53,202 nucleotides of DNA from Octopus sinensis. Lineage: Eukaryota. Numbering within the stretch: the first letter of the stretch is position 1; every line of letters starts with the position of its first letter. Position numbers and translations under genes: made by a program. The stretch is taken from contig NW_021832460.1 of NCBI RefSeq assembly GCF_006345805.1, positions 1 to 53,202 of the forward strand, read 5' to 3'. The notes beneath the pieces were generated by a model, which was given only the letters and a program-made list of their open reading frames with translations, searched no databases and was not told the origin of the DNA. Shown piece by piece: positions 11,105 to 22,500 of the stretch.

Positions 11105-11297
11105 TGAACGACCAGACCATCAGATGTTGCTACACAGGAAAAAATATAGATTGCTCTATTTCTTAGTGTGCTTCTCCGGATTTATGTTTTTTCTAAAAAC
11201 GTTATATATATACACACATATATATATATATATATGCACATATATATACATATATATATATAAATATACTTACATTATATATATATATATATATATA

Positions 11298-11337
<40 letters not shown>

Positions 11338-11578
11338 TACTTACATTATATATATATATATATATATATACTTACATTATATATAATATATATATATAAT
11401 ATACTTACATAATATATATATATGTATATATATATTATATATATATAAATATACTTACAATATATATATATATATATACACACACACATAAGTATATGCG
11501 TCTGTATCGCGCGCACACACATAAACATACGTACATATATGTATATATATATATATATAATATATTATATATATATTA

Positions 11579-11616
<38 letters not shown>

Positions 11617-11619
<3 letters not shown>

Positions 11620-11905
11620 GGGAGAGTTTACGAAAAAACAAAAGACGAAGACAGGTGGTGTACAAAACAAACAGATGTATTAGTATAACATTAATGTCGC
11701 CTCATGTCTCTCATCAGTTGTTGCCATTGTTGCTGCTGTTGTTGTTGTTGTTATGGTAATTGTGGTTATTATTGTAGTTGTTGTTGTTGTTGTTTTGAGT
11801 TATGTTGTTACTATTGCAATTATTACTTTTGAAGTTGCAGTTGCTGTTGTCCCCTTTTACAGGTTTTTGCCACTTTTGCTGCGTCTCTTTTGTTGCTGTT
11901 GGAGG

Positions 11906-11944
<39 letters not shown>

Positions 11945-12135
11945 CGTGCGTGCGTGTGTGCATGTGCGTGTGTATTTATAGAAAAAGTCATTTACGTTTC
12001 GAGCCTACGCTCTTCTACAGAAAGGGACAGAAAAAATAAGGAGAGATATGTGTGGGTATGTGTCTTCGTGTTTGTGTCTGTCAACTCCCACCACTTGACA
12101 CCAGTCCCTGTAACTTAGTGGTTCGGCAAAGGGTA
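11617..12135 (-). mobile_element. Penelope-type tail in two pieces (11617-11689 and 11981-12135) around a 285-bp insert
   Basis: Degenerate minimal hammerhead at 11991-12023 (CTGTAGA-A-GAGC-gtag-GCTC-GAAAC-GTA). That the two pieces belong to one family is recalled, not computed. Confidence 0.5.
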
Positions 12136-12974
12136 CCGAAATTATGTTCCTCTATAGTATATAATCACCGAAAGACGATTATAGAAAGATAAATTGTTCG
12201 AAAGATTTATTCGTAGAGAAAAGAAAAACAGTAGAAATACTTCGAAATTTAATGCAAAAGAAATTATTTTATTCTATAATTATAACATCTTTGTGTATAC
12301 GATATATAACCGTGTGTAGATTGTATGTAACCTTGATCGAATTCTAAATTTTGGGGGCTTTCAAGCATTATGAAAGTTGATTCAAATATCAATAAATCGA
12401 AGCATTACCTTTTAAAAACACGTTCTTACCTGTATAAACACACACGCGCACGCACACGTATATATACACTTACATACACATGCATGCGTATACACGCATA
12501 TACACGCTCATGTATGCACACACAAGCAGACACACACAAACATGCGCACACATTCCAGCAAGCATACGCTCATAAATACACACACACACACACACACAAA
12601 TACACGCACGCACACATGTACATAATATATACCTATACAAACGGACGTCCACACCCACCTACCCAACTGCTAGATTAGAATCCATCAATAACCACGGTGT
12701 TCAGAACTGCCTCTCCCGTTCTTTCAACACTGTTTTTACTTCAAGTTTTCCTCCATTTTCTTTGTGTCTTTCATTTTGTCCTCTTGAAATTATTTCATTC
12801 AACGTTGTCTCCTCGTGTTTCTTGTCCTTTCCCCGCCCGCCCCCCACCTCCCCATGTAATCGCTCTTTTTCTCTATCTACCTCCTTTTCATCTCTCTCAA
12901 CACAGTCACTGCTTTTGTACTCCCACCTTGGGTTTGTAAATTCAAATGCATGTATGTATATATATATATATATA

Positions 12975-13184
12975 GTTAATCCAAACAAGAAAGCACAAAA
13001 AAAACACAACAACGCGAGGACGTGGAACAAATATAGTATAATTGGACGCTCAGGAAAGAAGGAAAGAAGGAGGGTTTAACGTTTCGAGCGGAGATCTTCG
13101 TCGGAAACATAGGAGAAGGAAAGATCCAGAGAAGAGAAGACAGAGGGAAAAAAATCGCCAACGGTACACACGAGGTCACATTTT
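12975..13184 (-). mobile_element. Penelope-type non-coding tail with minimal hammerhead (13074-13108)
   Basis: Minus strand GTTT-CCGACGA-A-GATC-tcc-GCTC-GAAAC-GTT-AAAC; second copy at 14294-14520. Confidence 0.7.
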
Positions 13185-13197
13185 ATATATATATATA

Positions 13198-13417
13198 TTT
13201 CTTTACTACCCACAAGGTGCTAAACATAGAGGGGACAAACAAGGACAGACAAAGGGATTAAGTCGATTACATCGACCCCAGTGCGAAATTGGTACTTTAT
13301 TTATCGACCCCGAAAGGATGAAAGGCAAAGTCGACCTCGGCGGAATTTGAACTCAGAACGTAACGGCAGACGAAATACCGCTAAGCATTTCGCCCGGCGC
13401 GCTAACATTTCTGCCAG
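13198..13417 (-). mobile_element. tRNA-derived SINE family A
   Basis: Same family as 10883-11104. Confidence 0.9.
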
Positions 13418-13419
13418 AT

Positions 13420-13711
13420 GAACGACCAGACCATCAGATGTTGCTACACATCGCTGGTCACAATGCGCTTCGCATTATTTTAGCCTTCAAATGACGCCAC
13501 CCCGCTGGCTAAGCGAGCAGACCGACAAAAGAAAAGTGAGAGAAAGTTGAGGCGAAAGAGTACAGCAGGGACCGCCACAACCCCCTACCGGAGCTTCGTG
13601 GAGCTTTTAGGTGTTTTCGCTCAATAAACACTCACAACGCCCAGTCTAGGAATCGAAACCGCGATCCTACAACCGCGAGTCCGCTGCCCTAACTACTGGG
13701 CCATTGCGCCT

Positions 13712-13713
<2 letters not shown>
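13420..13713 (-). mobile_element. tRNA-derived SINE family C, near full length
   Basis: Minus-strand head GGAGGCGCAATGGCCCAGTAG with A box and GGTTTCGATTCC B box; matches 19361-19719. Confidence 0.9.
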
Positions 13714-13777
<64 letters not shown>

Positions 13778-14244
13778 GCACACACACACACACATACATC
13801 ACACAGATATTTATGAGAGTGTGGGTGGGGTTATGTGTGTGTGTGTGTGTGTGCGTGTGCGCGTGTGCTAGCTCCATATCACTCCTACACAATATTATTT
13901 CTAGATAAATGCCTCACTTAACTCAGTCAACCGTGGAAATGTCTCGACACATCGATTTGAAATATTGTTTATTAATGTCGCCTCACGTCTCTCATCTGTT
14001 GCCACTGTTGTTGTTGTTATGTTAATTGTGGTTATTATTGTAGTTGTTGTTGTTGTTTTGAGTTATGTTGTTACTATTGCAATTATTACTTTTGAAGTTG
14101 CAGTTGCTGTTGTCCCCTTTTACAGGTTTTTGCCACTTTTGCAGCGTCTCTTTTGTTGCTGTTGGAGGTTGTGTGTGTGTGTGTGTGCGTGTGTGCATGT
14201 GCGTGTGTATATACAAACATCTGTTTATATATATGTGTGTGTGA

Positions 14245-14293
<49 letters not shown>

Positions 14294-14297
<4 letters not shown>

Positions 14298-14520
14298 ATC
14301 CAAACAAGAAAGCACAAAAAAACACAACAACGCGAGGACGTGGAACAAATATAGTATTATTGGACGCTCAGGAAAGAAGGAAAGAAGGAGGGTTTAACGT
14401 TTCGGGCGGAGCTCTTCGTCGGAAACATAGGAGAAGGAAAGATCCAAAGAAGGGAAGACGGAGGAAAAAAAATCGCCAACGGTACACACGAGGTCACATT
14501 TTGAAAGATCGGAAGGAAAT
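14294..14520 (-). mobile_element. Penelope-type tail with minimal hammerhead (14392-14426)
   Basis: Minus strand GTTT-CCGACGA-A-GAGC-tcc-GCCC-GAAAC-GTT-AAAC. Confidence 0.7.
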
Positions 14521-14692
14521 ATATATATATTCATTAATTTGCCTATACAATTTTATGTTTGCGACCACCACACTGAGGTCGATGCAATCGACTTAATCCC
14601 TTTGTTTGTCCCCTCTGTGTTTAGCCCCTTTGTGGGCAATAAAGAAATAAATATTATTATTTCTTTTAAATAATAATGCTCACTTATATACA

Positions 14693-15956
14693 CAGGGTGC
14701 GTAAGGTATTTGAGGACATACCTTTTTGGGGGTCATTGCTGCATTTTTTGCTAACTCTGTATAATCTCTGTTTCAGAAAATGATAATGGCAGACCGGCAG
14801 CTAACCCAAGAAACGAAGAGGCATGCTGTTGTGGTTATAAAGGCTGAGCATAGCGATTTAGAAATATCTCGATTTTGAAAAGTTGCCAGATCTATCGTCT
14901 ACAAAGTTTGTAAGGAGTTAGAGACTGATGATGGAAATGTATTACCAATATCAAAGTATAAAAGGCATTCTAAACGCTTTAAAATCATCAGAACACCTGA
15001 GTTTATCCAGTAAGTTCAACAGACCATTGATTATAATCCTAGAAAGTGCATGAGGTCAATTGCAAAAGATCTCCATGTGTCAGAAGGAACAGTAAGAAAT
15101 GTTGTCCATGAAGACATCAGATATAAGTCTTATATGATGAGGAAAGGTCAGTTTGTCAAAAAAAAAACAAGAGAAAATCACTATATCAGATCTAAAAGGC
15201 TCTTAAACAAACTGAAAAATCCAGCAGAAGAAGATTTGATTTGGTTTTTCTCAAACGAGAAAAACTTCGACCAAGATCAAGAAGTTAACAGAAGAAATGA
15301 CAGATGGTTATGTGCAGGCCCTTCTGAAGTTCCAGATGTTATGCATACAAAATTTCCTGCAACTGTCACGGTTTTAGGGGTTGTCAGCAATGAAGGACAT
15401 GCGATGCCTCCTTGCTTCTTTCCACAAGGCCTTAGAGTTAACTCTGCTGCCTACATTGAGGTCCTGGAAATAATTGTTAAGCCTTGGATAGACAGTGTAT
15501 GCAATGGAAGGCCATATGTGTTTTAGGAAAACTCTGCACTATTATACATGGCTCTAGTAACACAGGAATGGATGGCTGAAAATTTTCATGATCACATAAC
15601 CTAATTGGCCTCCTAATTCCCCAAATCTCAATCCATTGGACTATTACACATGTGGAGCATTGTTGAGAGACAGAGGTCAATGAACACGCCCATAACACCA
15701 AAGATTCTTTGAAAGCTGCCATAGTCAGAGTAATGTCCAAAATGAACCAGGACCACTTGATTCGAGCATGTAGATGATTTAGATCTCATATAGAAGCAGT
15801 TGTTGAAGCTGAAGGTGGCTTTATTGAATAACATTATAGAAAAAAAAAGGTTTATTTCTATCGTCATAGCATTTTTGATAAAGTTATTATCTGTTATTAT
15901 ATATCTGATTTTTTTTTATAAATATAAATATGTCCTCAAATATCTTACGCACCCTG
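14693..15956 (+). mobile_element. Full-length Tc1/mariner element, maT (DD37D)-like
   Basis: 28-bp TIRs CAGGGTGCGTAAGGTATTTGAGGACATA (14693-14720 / 15929-15956, one mismatch); TA on the right flank; internal transposase. Confidence 0.9.
14780..15831 (+). pseudogene. Inactivated maT-type transposase
   Basis: RSIAKDLHVSEGTVRNVVHEDI HTH, FFSNEKNF (FSDEK with D to N), WPPNSPNLNPLDYY; several stops and frameshifts. Confidence 0.88.
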
Positions 15957-16459
15957 TATATATGTACATACAAACATATTTATATGTGTGTGTGAGTGTG
16001 TGTGAGAGTGTGTGTATAAGTGTGTTTGTTTCTCAATTGCAGCTGACTACAATCACAGGGAGATTTGGCTGTAAAGATTTAGCAGGTAAAATGACCCCAA
16101 ATAACCCTTACACGTTTGTTGTTGGTGATGATGGCGGTGATGGTGGTGATGATAATATCGTAAGAGTTGGTAACAGAGACTGCATACAATATGGCCGCCA
16201 TTAGTAATGAGCGATGGTGAACCTAGAAGGAGCTCATGGTACAGGTGTTGGTAGTGAGGGCGGCGGTGGATGTCGTGTTGTTGTTGGTAGTGGCGGTGGT
16301 GGTGGTAGCTTAAAGCTATTAGAAGGGAAATTGAGAAAAAGAGAGGTCGATGTGTGACGCTTCATGGGTCCTTGCGTGGCTTGGCTGAATTGACGTCCAT
16401 GTTGAAACTTGAGTGGATTTGTAAATGAATGGATGTATTGCTTACGTGCGTGCGTGCGC

Positions 16460-16496
<37 letters not shown>

Positions 16497-18097
16497 CTCA
16501 CCCTTCTACACGTCTGTGATTATATGTGCTTATCCGTTATGTGTGTGTATGCTTGTTGTGTGTGTGTGCGTGCGCAAGAAGGATTATATGAGTTTTCGTG
16601 ATGTAGTGTAACAGTGTGAGGTTAAGAAGAGAGATATATTGGAATAAAAAAAACGTGAGGGTGAGGAGGACTGGAGAGATAAGGTAGTTATCGATGAGAT
16701 ACATATACACGCACGTGTATATACATACATATACACACACGTGTATATACATACATGAACACATACGTAAACTCGCACACATTCGTGTATAACAGCAGGG
16801 AACCATGAAACATAAAGTTGATAAAGTCTTTGCAATGTTGTCCGCAGGAAGAGGTGTGCTGAGAGTTAACCAAAATTTAGCCCAGAACCGGAATCTATTC
16901 AAAATAAAGAATTCGAGTGGAACATTCCAAGAAAAATCTCCTCAGCACATCGCTGGAAACGTAACAGGTAGTGTTTGATTGGAGGACAGCGATCAAAAGT
17001 CGTGCATCCCAACAACATACACCACACACACACACACACACACTCACCATATCCATACACATACATCGATTTACATATACAAATGCACATTCGTACAACA
17101 TGTACTCACAAACAGATTAATGCACCCATAAACATTACAAAACCACAAGGAAGAAAACATCTTCCTCAAGAATCCCCGCCTCATCCCCACCAACCGATAA
17201 ACCTCAATTTCTTCGTCTTTCCTTCCACTCACTTTTTCTCTCTCTCCATCTCTTATCGTCTCTTACTGCTTTAACAACGGTTTATATTCCCGTTCGACTA
17301 TTACTTAAGCCCCACATCATAGCGGTTTCAGAATTCAACGAGGGTGGAATTACTTAAGGAGTTGTTATGAATGAAGGCATTTTTAACATTACGTACCGGT
17401 TTCACTTTTTAAACGTCCTCACTTGTTATCGATGTTAATATAATGAGGAGTAGTAGATGTTGATGAGTGATTCCTTCAGTATCTGTATGTTTTTAGATGT
17501 ACATTTGAGATGATGTTTGTCCTGAGGCTTTTGGGTTTTACATTACTCTGATGATTTGGGAGTATCTTGGAGTGGTCAAAATCGGGGTCTACATCAAGTG
17601 TACTTTTTATCCATTTTGTATTTTTCCTTCCTTTCTGTAATTTTGATGACTAACTTTGAGGAATGTCAGATAACAGTGTTTGTTAGGGCTGCAATGTAGA
17701 ATATTAGATATTGCTATGGTAACGTGGAACGTGATGTGATCATGGCACATCACCATGGTTATAATTGTCTCATGTCAACACTGTTCCAGTAAGCATAAAC
17801 AAATACATTTCAACCGTGACCAGTCTGTCTTTTTGGACTACCTAGGACTACATTGCATATGTAGGAGTGAATTGATAAATGCGTCCTTCCTATTTTTCAA
17901 ACGGTAAAGTGGGAGTTGCTATTTCTAGTGAGGCGAGAGACCTCGTAGAGATTCTCTTGTTGGGTCTTAATACTTGTGGTTATTTTGTTGTTGTTGATGA
18001 TATGCTTAACTGCCCCTACATAAGGTTCTCGATTTCTTTTACTCCATTCTGTAGTTGAGATAAATTACTGGAAAACTCCACATGTTAAGTAAAATAA

Positions 18098-18461
18098 TCT
18101 CTGAATATATAAACGGCAAAATGTCTGTGTGTGTGTCCTTTATACAAATCCACAATTTTTCAGTTAGAGGGCTCGCACTTTCTATGGTTATTTAAAACCG
18201 TCCAAGGGTGGTCGTGCACATCTTTACATTTGCCCAGTCACCCCACAAAGCCATTATAAAATCAATAGAAGTGACTTTTTTGTGAATTTTCTATCCAAAA
18301 CCCAATCAAAATGCACGAAACTTGATACGCCAATTGAATGCCAGCTAGCTGTATGTGATTGGTCGGAGATTTGGACAGTACTCGCGTGTATATGCGCACG
18401 CACGCAGCTGCATATGCATGCACTAGCACTATGACCCGGCGTTGCCGGGTCATAGTGCTAG
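18098..18461 (+). mobile_element. Non-autonomous Helitron-like element
   Basis: 5' TC start (A|TCTCTGAATATATAAA followed by TGTCTGTGTGTG), 3' GC-rich hairpin and CTAG|T end; inserted between A and T. Confidence 0.75.
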
Positions 18462-18713
18462 TAATAAATAAACTAGAACATTAAAACTTTAGAAAAACTA
18501 TGGAAAGTCTCGGTTCGTTTTATTAAAACAAACATTTGAAATAACCACGTTTTTCCAGACACTTAAGTATTTAAGTAAAGGTTTTCTTAAATTATATTGT
18601 TTACATGTGCAGGACGATACCCTTAAAATTTTAGAGGAACTGCTGTTTACCTGAGGGGTGGGGGAGTGTATGTGTATAGGATGTATGCATGTGCGTGTAT
18701 CCATACATGTGTT

Positions 18714-18799
18714 GGCCTAGTGGTTAGAGCAGCGGACTCGCGGTCGAGGGATCGCGGGTTCGAATCTCAGACCGAGTGATGTGTGTGTTTATGAGCGAA
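18714..18799 (+). mobile_element. tRNA-like SINE head fragment (family C related)
   Basis: TGGCCTAGTGG A box and GGTTCGAATC B box. Confidence 0.75.
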
Positions 18800-19360
18800 G
18801 GTGGGGGAGGGGTGGAGGGGGAGGGGGAGAAGGGAGGGAGAGGGAGGGAGGGAGAGAGAGAGAAGGAGGGCGAGGGAGAGAGAGATAAGCGGAGACACCG
18901 ACAGGTAGACAGAGGCAGAGACAGACAGAGGTAATTGTTAATGGGAAAACTTAAAATTAATTCTTTCAGAAATTACAACGACTAATTCCGGGAACGGACG
19001 AGAGACAAATGTTGTAGAAATGGGTGATTACCATATCTTGCCGATGATTCTTATCAGTCCACTCACTCCAGAGTCACTTAATGGTGTGAAACAATGTAAA
19101 CTAAACACAACGACATCTCTCTCTCCGAGAAGCGTTGCACCCACACTCATGTATCCAACCGATCAATACCTGATTCAATGGTCGCCCATTTATAGCCGTC
19201 GTCTGCTACAACTCTCGCTGAACGCTAACGATTTTCAAATACAAAACACATACGTGTGTTTGTGGAGGTATGTGTCGATAGCCTTTGATACACTGATACA
19301 ATAGCTGAACACCAAACCCATACACACACACATGTATGCATATATATATATATATTATAT

Positions 19361-19719
19361 CACCGTCACCGTGACCGACCAGGCTATCAGATGTTGCTAC
19401 ACATCGCTGGTCACAATGCGCTTCGCATTGTTTTAGCGTTCAAATAACGCCACCCCGCTGGCTAAGCGGGCAGGCCAACAGAAGAAAGAGTGAGAGAAAG
19501 GTTGTGGCGAAAGAGTACAGTAGGGATCGCCACCACCCCCTGCCGGAGCCTCGTGTAGCTTTAGGTGTTTTCGCTCAATAAACACTCACGATTTTCAAAT
19601 GCAAAACACATACGTGTGTTTGTGGAGGTATGTGTCGACACAACGCCCGGTCTGGGAATCGAAACCGCGATCCTACGACCGCGAGTCCGCTGCCCTAACC
19701 ACTGGGCCATTGCGCCTCC
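19361..19719 (-). mobile_element. SINE family C, full length, carrying a 52-bp insertion
   Basis: Matches 13420-13713 apart from the insert at 19588-19639. Confidence 0.9.
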
Positions 19720-19864
19720 ACACACACACCCACACACACACACACACCACATATTATATATATATTATATATATATATATATTATATATATATATATAGA
19801 AAACGTGTGTAGCGTATGTGTATATATATATTATATATATATAAGAAAACTTGTGTAGCGTGTG

Positions 19865-19922
<58 letters not shown>

Positions 19923-20206
19923 GAAATGTGTGTGTAGTTTATTTAGAGAGAGAGCGATCAAGGTAGAAAGCCATATAATAGGAGCAGTGAAACTGAATGT
20001 CTCTAAGCAGTTTGAGGGAGGTTGTCAAGGTTACGTGCCTCTTTTGATGAATTAAGCTTCAAAGAGCCGTGTCAGCCAATGTGTGATCGAACCAGCGACC
20101 TGACCTTTAACATAGACAACAGCTAATCAATGCTATTCACGTGACCCTATCTTAAAGGTTAAGTGGAGCAGATCTATTACACACACACACACCACCACAC
20201 AAACAA

Positions 20207-20239
<33 letters not shown>

Positions 20240-20289
20240 TGTGTATAGGTTGTGTTGCATGCAGTGATAACAGTAGTGTTTAGGTTAGT

Positions 20290-20500
20290 GTAGTCATGTT
20301 GTTAATGGTGATGGAGGTAGTAGTAGTAGAAGCGGTGGTGGTGGAGGTGGTGGTGGTGGTAGTGGTGGTGGTGATAGTGGTGGTGGTGGTAGTGGTGGTG
20401 GTGGTGGTGGTAGTGGTGGTAGTAAGGTGGTGGTAGTGGTGGTGTGATGGTTGTGAGATGGTGGTAGTGGTGGTGGTGGTGGTGGTGGTGGTGATAGTTG
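20290..20500. repeat. (GGT/AGT)n microsatellite
   Basis: Direct reading. Confidence 0.9.
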
Positions 20501-20874
20501 TGCTGGTGATGTAGTGTAGTGCTAGATTAGTTATTTCGACGGTGTGAGGGAGGGGATAAGATTAATGGTGGGGATAGTTCGGGAGGTGTTAGTGTGGCGA
20601 GGATAAAAGCTTGTTTTTTTTGTATTGACAATTGTTGTTTAACCCTAGGTCAACCCTGATCGAGTAGACCCAGGATGAAAAACATTCCAACCGTGGCCAT
20701 CTGGTTCTTTTAGGTTATCTAGAACTTCATTACCTAATGTGTCCTTCCTTTTTTCTTAGGACATCTAGGATGAGATCTGATTGGGATGTGGCTGCTATAT
20801 CTAGCAGGTCGAATCACCTCGCTGCAGAATCCTTGTTAACTTGTGGCGAATGATATGCTTTGCAATGGTTCTGT

Positions 20875-22500
20875 TAGTTGTGACGGTGGCGGTGGCAGTG
20901 TTTGTGGTGGTAGCGGTGGTGGAGGTGGTAGTGGTGGTGGAGTGGCAGCGGTGCTTGTGGTGGTGGCGGTGGCAGTGTTTGTTGTGGTAGCGGTGGCAGT
21001 GGTTGTGGTGGAGGCGGTGGTGGATGTGGTAGTGGGGTGGCGGTGGCAGTGTTCGTAGTGGTAGCAGTGGCAGTGGTTGTGGTGGAGGCGGTGGTGGAGG
21101 TGGTAGTGGTGGTGGCAGTGGCAGCGGTGCTTGTGGTTGGCGTGGCAGTGTTTGTAGTGGTAGCGGTGGCAGTGGTTGTGGTGGAGGCGGTGGTGGATTG
21201 GTAGTGGTGGTGGCGGCGGTGCTTGTGGTGGTGGTAGCGGTGGCAGTGTTTGTGGTGAGGCGGTGTGAAGGTGGTAGTGGTGGTGGCGGCGGCGGCGGTG
21301 CTTGTTGTGGTGGTGGCATTGGCAGTGTTTGTAGTGGTAGCGGTGGCAGTGTTTGTGGTGATGACGGTGGCAGTGATTGTGGTGGTAGCGGTGGCAGTGC
21401 TTGTGGTGTGGGCGGTTGCAGTGTTTTTTGTGGTAGCGGTGTCTGGTTTGTGGTGGAGGCGGTGGTGGAGGTGGTAGTGGTGGTGGCGGTGGCAGTGTTC
21501 GTAGTGGTAGCAGTGGCAGTGGTTGTGGTGGAGGCGGTGGTGGAGGTGGTAGTGGTGGTGGCAGTGGCAGCGGTGCTTGTGGTGGTGGCGGTGGCAGTGT
21601 TTGTAGTGGTAGCGGTGGCAGTGGTTGTGGTGGAGGCGGTGGTGGATGTGGTAGTGGTGGTGGCGGCGGTGCTTGTGGTGGTGGTAGCGGTGGCAGTGTT
21701 TGTGGTGGAGGCGGTGGTGAAGGTGGTAGTGGTGGTGGCGGCGGCGGCGGTGCTTGTGGTGGTGGTGGCATTGGCAGTGTTTGTAGTGGTAGCGGTGGCA
21801 GTGTTTGTGGTGATGACGGTGGCAGTGATTGTGGTGGTAGCGGTGGCAGTGCTTGTGGTGGTGGCGGTGGCAGTGTTTGTTGTGGTAGCGGTGTCAGTGG
21901 TTGTGGTGGAGGCGGTGGTGGAGGTGGTAGTGGTGGTGGCGGTGGCAGTGTTCGTAGTGGTAGCAGTGGCAGTGGTTGTGGTGGAGGCGGTGGTGGAGGT
22001 GGTAGTGGTGGTGGCGGCGGTGGCAGTGTTTGTAGTGGTAGCGGTGGCAGTGTTTGTGGTGATGGTAGCGGTGACAGTGGTTGTGGTGATGGTGGTGGAA
22101 ATGGTGGTGGTGGTGGCGGTGGCAGTGTTTGTAGTGGTAGCGGTGGCAGTGTTTGTGGTGGTAGCGGTAGCAGTGTTTGTGGTGATGGCAGCGGTGGCAG
22201 TGGTTGTGGTGGAAGCAGTGGTGGAGGTGGTAGTGGTGATGGCGGCGGCGGCGGTACTTGTGGTGGTGGCGGTGGCAGTGTTTGTGGTGGTGGTGGTGGT
22301 GGCGGCGGTGCTTGTGGTGGTGGCGGTGGCAGTGTTTGTGGTGATGACGGTGGCAGTGGTTGTGGTGGTAGCGGTGGCAGTGTTTGTAGTGGTAGCGGTG
22401 GCAGTGGTTGTGGTGGAGGCGATGGTGGAGGTGGTAGTGATGGTGGTGGCGGCAGCGGCGGTGGCAGGGTGTTTGTGGTGGTGGAGGTGCTTGTGATGCT
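20875..22500. repeat. G/T-rich trinucleotide-derived minisatellite with 24-bp subunits and a ~450-bp higher-order repeat
   Basis: GGTGGCAGTGTTTGTGGTGGTAGC-type subunits; unique anchors recur at 21051/21497/21950 and 21316/21768. Confidence 0.9.

Noticed and set aside
13660-13713. tRNA-like sequences at SINE heads (also 18714, 19670 and 44910)
   Set aside because: SINE promoters lacking a full acceptor stem, not tRNA genes
16805-16978. 57-aa plus-strand ORF with good start context (MKHKVDKVFAMLSAGRG..)
   Set aside because: Length is within chance expectation; no homology or splice support
17330-17750. Possible Penelope GIY-YIG remnant (ILKESLINIY) with GAAACCGGTA downstream on the minus strand
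   Set aside because: Too decayed; no CUGANGA core or stem I, so neither the element nor a ribozyme can be supported
21198-22496. 432-aa Val/Ala-rich plus-strand ORF and the Pro/His-rich minus-strand ORFs
   Set aside because: Minisatellite artefacts: no domain, frames switch at indels, no credible start context
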